Source: Okeania sp.
GTDB lineage: Bacteria > Cyanobacteriota > Cyanobacteriia > Cyanobacteriales > Microcoleaceae
Direction: 5' to 3'
Assembly: GCF_035285525.1 (NCBI RefSeq)
Contig: NZ_JAYKGW010000187.1
Location: forward strand, 14,461-46,460
DNA length: 32,000 nucleotides
Below, in pieces: positions 9,081 to 17,676 of the stretch. Numbering within the stretch: position 1 is the stretch's first letter; every line of letters starts with the position of its first letter. The notes below the pieces were generated by a model. That model saw only the letters and a program-made list of their open reading frames with translations. It had not been told where the DNA came from and searched no databases. The translations under genes and the position numbers were made by a program.

Positions 9081-9649
9081 CGATCATGTTCGTTTGAATA
9101 CTTAAACTTTGCAGGAAGTAAGGCACAAGACAGAAAGCAGAAGGAAAGAAAAGGTAACTATGGGAGAAATTTTTTTTTATAACTGATTATCTGAAAATGA
9201 TATTACAGGTAAAAGATTGATACTTCTTAGATTCGCAAAAAGTGCTAGATAAAGAGTTTAAAACCTGCAAAAAATTAGCATTTTAGACTAACTAAGGACA
9301 GAAAAATTGAGAGGCAATTATTACTCCTACTTTTTCTAAATTACCTGTTTGTCCTGACTCCTAACCCCTACCTCTACCACTCATACTTTCCATACGCAAA
9401 CCCTAATTACTTTTGACTTCCGTAAAATTGAATAACCCATAAAAAGAAGTATTCGAGCGGATGAAATATATCGTAACAAATAATCAGTTAGTTTTCAATA
9501 TTTCTTAATATTTGTCCAAATTTATTTAATCCTTTGTCATGTTATGGTAGTAACTATGTTAAAATTTTGATAATTAACAAAAACTATAACGTTATAGTTA
9601 TGACGGAATTATTAGTAAGTACAACGGAAGCACCTTTGAAAAACCTAGC

Positions 9650-9893
9650 CAATCCTAGACATTTTTAGGAATTGTCTCTTCATTGGTTGCAGATTAAGTC
9701 AAAACTGACTACGTTGGCAGGTCACGACCACTATAAGTGAACTCCAGCTTATATCCAGGTCGCTCTAAATTAAGGAAAGCGTTTAGTAGCGCCAATCGGA
9801 AGTAGGTTTTGTACCGATAGTGTTTAGAGTATGGACAAGCCTGGCCAACATAATCGAGGAACACTTTACTGAAAAGGACTAGACGCCAAAATG
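9650..9893 (+). ncRNA. Candidate omega-RNA (IscB guide-RNA scaffold); 5' boundary and guide not resolved
   Basis: Lies immediately upstream of and abutting the iscB start. About 44% GC by hand count over 9701-9860, against visibly lower GC in the flanks. Nested complementary segments: 9713-9721/9840-9849, 9724-9736/9748-9762, 9763-9769/9823-9829, 9795-9799/9814-9818, 9697-9701/9706-9710. Known IscB loci encode the omega-RNA in exactly this position. Confidence 0.55.
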
Positions 9894-11195
9894 TCTAACA
9901 CTAATTACGTTTTCGTCATAGATACAAACAAAAAACCATTGCCACCCTGTAAGCCAAGTGTAGCTCGTAGATTGTTAAATTCTGCTAGAGCTGCTGTATG
10001 GCGACGCTTTCCGTTTACTTTAATTCTCAAAAAAGCTGTAAAAAGAGTTACCAAAATAACTTTAGTTCTGAAAATTGACCCAGGCTCAAAATTCACAGGT
10101 ATGGCTTTATTAGAAGGAAATAAGGTGATATGGATGTTAGAAATTCAACATCGAGGTTCATTAATTTCCGAAAAACTGCAAAAGCGTTCTCAAAGAAGGA
10201 GAGCGAGAAGGACAAAAAATCTGAGATATCGTAAACCAGGATTACCTAATAAAAAGAAACATACTGGTTGGTTAGCACCTTCTCTCATGCACAGAGTTGA
10301 AACTACTATGACTTGGGTGAAACGATTAATGAAGTTTTGTCCTGTTCAATCAATCTCAATGGAGCTGGTTCGCTTTGATACTCAATTGATTCAAAATCCA
10401 GAAATTTCTGGCACTGAGTATCAGCAAGGGGAATTAGCAGGGTATGAGCTGAGAGAATATTTATTAGAAAAATGGGGTCGTCAATGTGCTTATTGTGGTC
10501 AAACTGATACGCCACTAGAGATAGAACATATTCGCCCTAAGTCAAAAGGAGGTTCAGACCGAGCATCTAACTTAACAGTGGCCTGTACTAAATGCAATCA
10601 ACTAAAGAGTAACCAAGATGTTAAGGACTTCTTATCTGGAAAACCAGAATTATTAAAGCGAATACAAACCCAAGCCAAATTGCCTTTAAAAGATGCAGCA
10701 GCGGTTAATTCTACTCGGTGGAAATTGTTCAATGCGTTAAAAACTACAGGTCTGGAAGTAACTACAGGTAGCGGGGGACAAACAAAATTTAACCGAAGAA
10801 AACATAAACTGCCAAAAGCGCACTGTATAGATGCTGCTTGTGTAGGTGAAGTTCGGGAGTTAAACTTTCATACTACCCAAGCTTTAGTTGCTATTTGCAA
10901 GGGGCAAGGAGGTAGACAGAAAGCAGCGGTAAATAAATATGGATACCCCATAAGGTACAACCCACTAAAACCGATAAAAGGTTGGAATAGTGGAGACTTA
11001 GCTTTGAATATGGAAACTGGAGTTGTAGGTAGAGTTAATCCTCGCTCAAAATCAAATAGTTTTAATTTCACAGTGCCTGGGCACAAAGCCAAAAGTGTTC
11101 ATGTAAGGAAATTAAAAATTGTACACAAGAAAGACGGTTATGCCTATACATTTAGTCCACAGTTGTCCATAGATGTCAAGGAAAATGCCGTCTAA
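9891..11195 (+). CDS. iscB: IscB, OMEGA-system RNA-guided DNA endonuclease (Cas9 ancestor-type)
   Basis: PLMP-type N-terminal domain (YVFVIDTNKKPLPPCKPSVARRLL...RRFPFTLIL). RuvC-I (LKIDPGSKFTGMA). Arg-rich bridge helix (RRRARRTKNLRYRKPGLPNKKKHTGWLAPSLMHR). RuvC-II (ISMELVRFD). HNH (CAYCG...LEIEHIRPKSKGGSDRASNLTVACTKCNQLKSN). RuvC-III (KAHCIDAACVG). 434 aa, a typical IscB size. Confidence 0.9.
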   Translation: MSNTNYVFVIDTNKKPLPPCKPSVARRLLNSARAAVWRRFPFTLILKKAVKRVTKITLVLKIDPGSKFTGMALLEGNKVIWMLEIQHRGSLISEKLQKRSQRRRARRTKNLRYRKPGLPNKKKHTGWLAPSLMHRVETTMTWVKRLMKFCPVQSISMELVRFDTQLIQNPEISGTEYQQGELAGYELREYLLEKWGRQCAYCGQTDTPLEIEHIRPKSKGGSDRASNLTVACTKCNQLKSNQDVKDFLSGKPELLKRIQTQAKLPLKDAAAVNSTRWKLFNALKTTGLEVTTGSGGQTKFNRRKHKLPKAHCIDAACVGEVRELNFHTTQALVAICKGQGGRQKAAVNKYGYPIRYNPLKPIKGWNSGDLALNMETGVVGRVNPRSKSNSFNFTVPGHKAKSVHVRKLKIVHKKDGYAYTFSPQLSIDVKENAV

Positions 11196-11327
11196 AACTT
11201 AACAGGTAGTCGTGGCCCTGAAGGAACTTGGAACAAAAATAAGCGTAAAGCGAATACTTTTGTTCACGTTCTACGCAAGACTATTGATTATAACAGAAAC
11301 AACGGAACTTCTCATCCTGCAATTGCC

Positions 11328-11615
11328 GTGAAAGTCGGAAATAAAAAGGATTATTGTCACGCTTTGAAAATTCACGGACCCTGCGTAATAGTCTATCAAC
11401 CCCATCAACCCAATACAAGTCAAGCTGGGGGAGCGCGCTTGTGGATGGAAGTTGAACCGCAACATAGAGTAGAGCGAGTATATTTTTCCGATGGAGATTA
11501 TGGTCTGCCTCCAGAAGTGGTTCAGCAAAGACAGACATTTAAAAAGAAGAAATCAAAAGTCAAAAAGGGAAAACTGAAACCGAAGGGTAAGAAGGGTAAT
11601 AAAAGAAGAAATTAA
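11328..11615 (+). CDS. Hypothetical protein with Lys-rich C-terminal tail (possibly N-terminally truncated)
   Basis: GTG-initiated ORF. The frame is open back to 11196 and is the same frame as iscB. Non-low-complexity core (DYCHALKIHGPCVIVYQP...GGARLWMEVEP) followed by KKKKSKVKKGKLKPKGKKGNKRRN. Confidence 0.35.
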   Translation: MKVGNKKDYCHALKIHGPCVIVYQPHQPNTSQAGGARLWMEVEPQHRVERVYFSDGDYGLPPEVVQQRQTFKKKKSKVKKGKLKPKGKKGNKRRN

Positions 11616-12053
11616 ATAATTTATACAAATAATTAGTCTGAGAAAGAAGATTTTTGAGCAGTGTCTATTTTCTGTTCTATTTTTTGCTGTCTAATTTTGA
11701 CGGCTTATAATAAAGAGGTAGCGATCGCCAAAATAATTATCAATTTTATACTTCATTTTATGTTTTACCTTACGAAGTTAATAATTCTAGTTAAGAAATA
11801 ATTTTAAAGAAGCAAAAATCCCAGAGCATAACTATATTGTTTAGTCTGGAAATGTCAAAGGAGCCGACTTTTTGCATCTAAAATATTGAGATATTAATAT
11901 TCAAAGCCAAAAGTTTTACCTACTGCTAAAATTTGATAATTGATGTTTTAATTTCAACTTGCTCTGTTGATTCTGAATTGTCTAGTAAAAAATCACCAAG
12001 CATGATCGCTACCTCATAGTAGTTCTAAGGATCAGATAGAATAGACCACTAAA

Positions 12054-12265
12054 TAGGGTTTGCTGAAAAAGTATTTTTAAGGGGATGGGGAGATAGGGTG
12101 ATGGGGTGATGGGGAGTAATTTTGTGACCCAACTCTTCCCCAAAATATGCTCCTTTTTGATTTTTCAGGAACTGTACCAAAGCTACCCAAAAAGTTGCAC
12201 TTTTTCCTTACCTAAAAAGGTACTTATATATGTCAAATTTTTTAGATTTATTCAGCAAGCCCTAA
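12054..12265. mobile_element. MITE-like element (~212 bp) with TAGGG(T/C)TTGCTGAA terminal inverted repeats
   Basis: Left end tagggtttgctgaa at 12054; the right end ttcagcaagcccta is its reverse complement with 1 mismatch. Non-coding interior. Confidence 0.7.
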
Positions 12266-12397
12266 ATATCTAAATTCATCCCTAATTTTAGTACATCAAA
12301 ACTTATTTTGACAGTTATTTTATAGATTCACTATAATCCCTTCAAGAATTAGCTTTTCTAGTAAAAATTGATACTCAGGCTGGATGATAAATATATC

Positions 12398-12660
12398 TAG
12401 GGTTTGCGTATGGAAAGTCTGATGGTTAAAGGAGGGAGTAGGGAGTATGTAGTTGCATGCAACGTCCTTACAGAGTTAAGATTTAAGGGAGTTGTAGAAG
12501 AAGTGGTTATTTATAATCTCCCCTTAGTTTTTCTGTCATAATTACCCTAAAGTCCTCACTTTTTCCCTCCATCAACCCAAAAGCTGGTACTTTTTTAGCA
12601 TCTAAAATTATTCAAACGTTTATCTATAAACGCTTTCATATTTAATCAGCAACCCCTATA
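12398..12660. mobile_element. MITE-like element (~263 bp), type-1 end + type-2 end
   Basis: Left end tagggtttgcgtatggaaagtctgatggttaaaggagggagtagggag. Right end is the reverse complement of tataggggttgctgattaaatatgaaagcgtttatagataaa. Confidence 0.65.
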
Positions 12661-12745
12661 TATATTAGACATATCCAATAATAAAAAATTAATCAATTAG
12701 GGGTAATCATTAATTATTTCCCTCTACTCCCTACTCCCTCTTTTC

Positions 12746-13900
12746 CTACAACTTCAAACTTAACTGTTCATCCGGCGGACTAAAGCCCAAATGCTTCCAA
12801 CCTGCGGAAGTCACAACCCTACCACGAGGAGTACGTTGCATAAACCCAATCTGCATCAAATATGGCTCATAAACTTCCTCAATAGTTTGAGCATCTTCCC
12901 CCGTCGCTGCTGCCATAGTCTCCAAACCAGCAGGCCCGCCATTATAATTCTCTATCATAGTCCTCAATAAATTACGGTCAGTCCAATCTAAACCTAGAGG
13001 ATCGACATTAAACAACTCTAAAGCTTCCCCTGCAACCTCAGCATTTATCGGACTTAACTTTTTGACCTCGGAATAATCTCTCACCCTGCGCAGTAAACGA
13101 TTAGCGATTCGAGGCGTACCCCGGGAACGACGGGCAACCTCTTCAGCACCATCCTCTGTAATATCCATATTTAAAAGTTTTGCTGCTCGCATAATAATTA
13201 AACTCAGTTCATCAACCTCATAAAACCGTAACCTCTGAATAATTCCGAAGCGATCGCGCAGAGGAGAAGTTAAGGAACCAACTCTAGTAGTTGCTCCTAC
13301 CAAGGTAAAAGGTTTGAGAGGAATACTTTTAGTTTTAGATGCTTTACCTTGACCGATTGTAATATCTAATCGAAAATCTTCCATGGCTGGATATAGAATT
13401 TCTTCGGTCATTTTGGAAAGGCGATGAATTTCATCTATAAATAAAATATCTCCTTTTTGTAAACCTACTAGCAAGCCAACTATATCTCTAGGTTTTTCAA
13501 TGGCAGGTGCAGTAGTAATTTTACAATTAACTTCCATTTCGGTTGCCAATATTAGAGACATTGTAGTTTTGCCTAACCCCGGAGGACCATACAATAGTAA
13601 ATGGTCTAAAGATTCTTTTCTAGATTTAGCCGCCGAAATCGCAATATTCAATACTTCTTTAAGGTCTTTCTGTCCAATATATTCAGCTAACCTTTGAGGT
13701 CGGATTTTTTCTTCATTTTGATTACCGCTTTTTTCTTCAGTAGTTGCCTCTGCTGCTAATAAAGCTTCTACTTCGGCTGTTTCAGTTTGAGATTTTGATT
13801 TTTTGGTTTTATATGAAGTTCTTTTTTCGGAGGCTAAGAAAATGTTTTCATCTGGCCTTTCTGGTTGAGGAGATTGTTTTTTAGAAGAAAATATGGCCAT
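12746..13900 (-). CDS. ruvB: Holliday junction branch migration DNA helicase RuvB
   Basis: Walker [14 protein letters not shown], Walker B/sensor [44 protein letters not shown]. Has a ~55-aa K/E/S-rich N-terminal extension. Confidence 0.95.
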   Translation of the reverse strand: MAIFSSKKQSPQPERPDENIFLASEKRTSYKTKKSKSQTETAEVEALLAAEATTEEKSGNQNEEKIRPQRLAEYIGQKDLKEVLNIAISAAKSRKESLDHLLLYGPPGLGKTTMSLILATEMEVNCKITTAPAIEKPRDIVGLLVGLQKGDILFIDEIHRLSKMTEEILYPAMEDFRLDITIGQGKASKTKSIPLKPFTLVGATTRVGSLTSPLRDRFGIIQRLRFYEVDELSLIIMRAAKLLNMDITEDGAEEVARRSRGTPRIANRLLRRVRDYSEVKKLSPINAEVAGEALELFNVDPLGLDWTDRNLLRTMIENYNGGPAGLETMAAATGEDAQTIEEVYEPYLMQIGFMQRTPRGRVVTSAGWKHLGFSPPDEQLSLKL

Positions 13901-13969
13901 AACTGGAAAATTACAGATAACATCCTTATTATCATATTAGATAGTCTATTTAATAATTGTCCCAGATTT

Positions 13970-14506
13970 ATGAAATCCTTATTATCAGTACCAGAAAATA
14001 TAACGTTTGAAGAGGCGATCGCCTTAACTCAAGAAATTATGTCTGAGATGGAAACAGGCCAGTTATCAGAGTCTCAAGAATTAACATTAATTGGAGATTT
14101 AGTCAAGAGTAAAAATGGTGCGAGAGGATTTTTTGTTAGTTATCTTACAGACTCTAGACCTGTAGCGGATAATCCATCACCATCGATATTTAAAGCTTTA
14201 GAATCAGCTCCAGAAATAGTTGTAGAACTGTTAGTCAAAAATCTGGCCATGTCTTCGGCAATGGTAGTCCACCATCAGCGAAACCAAGATGAGGAGACAG
14301 CTAATGGCTCAAAAAGAGTGCGAGTGAGAACTACGAAACTAATAAAAAGTGTAAATATACCGAGTTTACGCGGTAATATTCAGGAATTATATCAAAGTAC
14401 AACTACTGGCCAGGGAAATTACAAAGATTTTCTTAAACGTTGGGGTTATGATACTGAGCAGTTAAAGGCTATTGAACAAGCGATAGAACCTTTACTGAAT
14501 GGATAA
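13970..14506 (+). CDS. Conserved hypothetical protein (178 aa)
   Basis: The ORF-track start at 13865 is a TTG that overlaps ruvB. The first ATG at 13970 (MKSLLSVPENITFEEAIAL...) gives a non-overlapping, divergent gene with non-repetitive composition. Confidence 0.55.
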   Translation: MKSLLSVPENITFEEAIALTQEIMSEMETGQLSESQELTLIGDLVKSKNGARGFFVSYLTDSRPVADNPSPSIFKALESAPEIVVELLVKNLAMSSAMVVHHQRNQDEETANGSKRVRVRTTKLIKSVNIPSLRGNIQELYQSTTTGQGNYKDFLKRWGYDTEQLKAIEQAIEPLLNG

Positions 14507-15442
14507 TTGATAATGGATAATTAATAATTAATAATGAAAACTATCTTTAATTAGGGTTTACTAATTAAAGATAAAAGCATTTACAGATAAAGGCTAAAGT
14601 CTTTTTATATTGAAAAAACTGAACTTGTTTCAATTTTAAAAAAACTCAATATCTTAGCATTTTCGGGAATAAATAATTGGCAACAAATTACTTACCGAAA
14701 AATTAGGCTATAAATTCTCTCTATTAATGGAGAAAAAAATTTCTTTTAGCTAATCCTATTATTTATAAAAGTAGGTGATTATTAGTTATTGATTATTAAT
14801 TAGGGCTGGCTGAATAAATATGAAAAGATTGATAGATAAAAATAAAAGTTTAAACCTTTTCATGTCTGGAAAAAGTACCTGGTTTTTAGCTATTCATGGT
14901 GAAAAAGAAGCGTATTTTAGTCATAGAGTATGGGGAAAATTAATGGAGAATTCTTCTGACTACCTCCTCTATAATTATCCTGAATTATGGATTCTTGATT
15001 CTGACTTCTATCCTGAAAAAAAAAGACTTTTACGGCTCCCGATAAATCAGCAAACCACAATTAGGGTTTACTGATTAAATACCAAAGCTTTTACACATAA
15101 AAATTAAAGGCTTTTTCTGGTCACAATAAAGTGCAAAAAAATTACTAAATTAATCTTTAAAATTCTGAATCTTTCCTCATAAAAATTGGAAAAATCTAGA
15201 AAAATTAATACCTGTAACTATTGCCTATTCTCTACCTTCACCAAAAGACTTTATTCATCCAACCCTAATTATTGAAATGCTCCTTAGAAATACTTTTTCA
15301 GCACACCCTAATTATCAAATTATTAATTACCTATACTTAAAACAGAGAGGATTGAATTAAGTACGGAAATATCCTAGCACTTTATTTTTCCTGAAAAGGA
15401 TAGGCTTGAAATCTCTATAGATTAATTATCAATTATCCATTC

Positions 15443-15731
15443 TTAATTAGGGCTGGTGTATCGAAAGTCTGGTGGTTAAGGTAGGGAGTAGGGAATAGGG
15501 AGTAGGGAATAAACCCACCCCTAGTCCCTCCCAAGAGGGGAATTTAGGAGGAATGAGAGTTATAGAGAAATTAGTTGTCAGAATTGTCTCTTAATTTTTG
15601 TTTCCTAGTGAGGAATTTACTGCTAACTTTTTTAATTTTTTTGACCTAAAATATGGTATTGTTCCCGACTTAAAGTTCCTAAAAGCTTTATCTTTGAATG
15701 GTTTTATATTTCCATACGCAAACCCTAATTA
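15443..15731. mobile_element. MITE-like element (~289 bp) of the same family, immediately upstream of the wzm-like gene
   Basis: Left end ttaattagggctggtgtatcgaaagtctggtggttaaggtagggagtaggg. Right end tttccatacgcaaaccctaatta is the reverse complement of TAATTAGGGTTTGCGTATGGAAA. Confidence 0.7.
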
Positions 15732-15778
15732 TCAATTATCCATTATTAATTATTAATTATTAATTATCCATTATTCAG

Positions 15779-16630
15779 ATGAAAGGAATTGTCCGCAAAA
15801 CTAGCAGGGTTAGCAATTGGTTGACCAAGGTAAATATTCATTGGTTAGTTAACTTAAACCTATTATTCACATTAGTAAGAAGAGATTTAGAAGCTAGATA
15901 TAAAGGCTCAGTTTTAGGCAACTTATGGCCACTACTTAATCAACTATCTCAACTTTTAATTTATACTTATGTCTTCTCGATTATTCTGAAAGTTAAGCTT
16001 GACCTCAAAGGATTACCAGCAGATAGTAAACTAACATTTGGATTATGGTTATTTGCTGGATTAATACCTTGGTTAGCTTTTACGAGTGGATTGACTCAAG
16101 CTTCTGGTTCTGTAATTACACAGCCTAATTTAGTTAAAAAATTAGTTTTTCCCCTTAGTTTATTACCCTTAGTTCCGATTCTTTCAACATTTATAGAAAG
16201 TACATTTGGATTAATAGCTTTAATAGTAATGTTTTATATATCATCTGGGGCAATAAATCAAACATTATTCCTGTTACCTTTAGTGGTTATACCTCAACTT
16301 TTATTAACAACAGGTTTAGGATATTTTACTGCTGGATTAACGGTATTTTTGCGAGATATTCCACAGACTTTAGGAGTAATTATTAATCTTTGGTTTTATG
16401 TTACGCCAATAGTATATCCGGCATCAGTAATTCCAGAAAATTGGCGAATTTGGGTGTTTTGGTTTAATCCTTTAACAGCGATCGCTGAAGTATATCGTGA
16501 CTTGGTTTTAGTAGGAGAAATTAAGCATTGGGGAGAGTTAGGAATTTCGGCTTTGATATCTCTACTAATTTTTTATTTTGGCTGGTGGGTTTATCAAAAA
16601 TTACGTCCTGCTTTTGCTGATGTTTTATAA
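15779..16630 (+). CDS. ABC-2 type polysaccharide export permease (Wzm/TagG/KpsM family)
   Basis: N-terminal RDLEARYKGSVLGNLWPLLNQL signature followed by six hydrophobic helices. It sits upstream of a Wzt-type ATPase. Confidence 0.9.
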   Translation: MKGIVRKTSRVSNWLTKVNIHWLVNLNLLFTLVRRDLEARYKGSVLGNLWPLLNQLSQLLIYTYVFSIILKVKLDLKGLPADSKLTFGLWLFAGLIPWLAFTSGLTQASGSVITQPNLVKKLVFPLSLLPLVPILSTFIESTFGLIALIVMFYISSGAINQTLFLLPLVVIPQLLLTTGLGYFTAGLTVFLRDIPQTLGVIINLWFYVTPIVYPASVIPENWRIWVFWFNPLTAIAEVYRDLVLVGEIKHWGELGISALISLLIFYFGWWVYQKLRPAFADVL

Positions 16631-16697
16631 GAAGTAAGAAGGAAGAAGGAAGAAGGAAGGAGGAAGGAGGAAGAAGGAAGGAGGAAGAAGGAAGAAG
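16631..16697. repeat. Purine-only heptamer array (GAAGGAA/GGAGGAA, about 9 units) starting right after the wzm-like stop
   Basis: gaagtaagaaggaagaaggaagaaggaaggaggaaggaggaagaaggaaggaggaagaaggaagaag has period 7. Pyrimidine-strand relatives at 1890-1935, 19590-19615, 19800-19820. Confidence 0.9.
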
Positions 16698-17173
16698 TCA
16701 ATAATTAATAATTACCAAAAAATGAGGTATAAAGCCTCCTCTTTGAAGGAGATGAAAAAATATTTAACACGGTTCCCGATAAATCAGTATTTCCAGCCTT
16801 CGACTTTAGTCGGAGCTTCGCTGATAACTGATAACTGAAATGACCTCTTCTTATAAAGAAAATGATTAGCTAAAAGGATTTTTTTCTTATTTATCCATGA
16901 ATGGAGAGACTTTATACTTTAATTTTTTCGTAAGAAGAAAGAAGGAAGAAATATTCAAAAAAAATTTAAAATTATGTACATCTCCAATGTAATTACTCCC
17001 CCTACCTAACTCCTAAATTCTAATTGGTATCGAAATCTTAGAACTTAAAAATCATTGATAAATTATAATAAAAAACTCTAATATGCTGAAAAATATAAGT
17101 AATTAATATGCAGGATTTTCCAAGTATTAAATGAATATTTAGCTTGACTAAAAGATACTAATTTTGGATTCAG

Positions 17174-17354
17174 TAATTAAGGCTTGCTGATTAAATATCA
17201 AAGCATTTATAGATAAAGGTTTGAACAATAAAAGTAAGGCTCAATTATGAATTAACAGTTATTCTAGAACTCCTCTAAATCCTAACTCTTAACTACTCCT
17301 TACTCCCTACTCCCTACCATAGCAAAAAGATTTTCCATAAGCAAACCCTAATTA
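17174..17354. mobile_element. MITE-like element (~181 bp), type-2 end + type-1 end, inside the wzm-wzt spacer
   Basis: Left end taattaaggcttgctgattaaatatcaaagcatttatagataaagg. Right end ctccctactccctaccatagcaaaaagattttccataagcaaaccctaatta. Confidence 0.7.
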
Positions 17355-17676
17355 ATAATTACTCTTAAAAAAATTGAGTATTAGTTCGGAGTGACTTATT
17401 TTCTTTTTTTCTCCCTAAAAAGAGAAGCTTTAAACCTTAAAACTTTGGTATATTTGTATTTTTCCTAGATTTTTAAATTGCTTTTTCCTGCTCCATTCTG
17501 AAATAGCTGATGACCTAATACTTATGAAAAAAGATTAATTTTTGACAAATTGAATATATAATATATACTACTAAATTTCCCTTTTATTTCCTGGGTTATG
17601 TTCCGCAAACATAATTTCACTTCTTGGAGATTAATTCCTCCTTCGATGTGATAATTAAGTTAATAACTAATAGCTG

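Larger units (their letters stand above)
9580..11230 (+). mobile_element. IscB-only (TnpA-less) IS200/IS605-superfamily-derived element; ends approximate
   Basis: IscB plus leader with no Y1 transposase ORF anywhere in the window. An 18-nt perfect palindrome at 9582-9599 is a possible subterminal hairpin. The ends cannot be fixed without other copies. Confidence 0.4.

Noticed and set aside
9905-11092. Three short minus-strand ORFs (9905-10096, 10306-10515, 10868-11092) antisense to iscB
   Set aside because: They lie entirely within a strongly supported CDS on the opposite strand and have no motifs. These are typical shadow ORFs. The same reasoning applies to 2965-3147, 5191-5400, 5426-5812, 6479-6817, 7984-8325, 13500-13697, 17750-17944, 20388-20585, 21682-21927, 21964-22277, 24909-25236, 27199-27477 and 31000-31203.
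9891-11195. Calling the 434-aa protein a generic HNH endonuclease or a TnpB
   Set aside because: The HNH motif is embedded between RuvC-II and RuvC-III segments and preceded by a PLMP-type domain and an Arg-rich bridge helix. TnpB has no HNH or PLMP domain, and plain HNH enzymes lack the split RuvC.
11271-11538. Two overlapping 85-aa minus-strand ORFs opposite the 11328-11615 ORF
   Set aside because: They are mutually exclusive, lack motifs, and the + strand frame has the more protein-like, non-repetitive translation. None of the three is strongly supported, so only the + strand one is listed, at low confidence.
14820-15074. 84-aa + strand ORF
   Set aside because: It begins inside a type-2 MITE end (aattagggctggctgaataaatATG) and ends inside another (…acggctcccgataaatcagcaaaccacaattagggtttactga). 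It is most likely a chance ORF across repeat elements.
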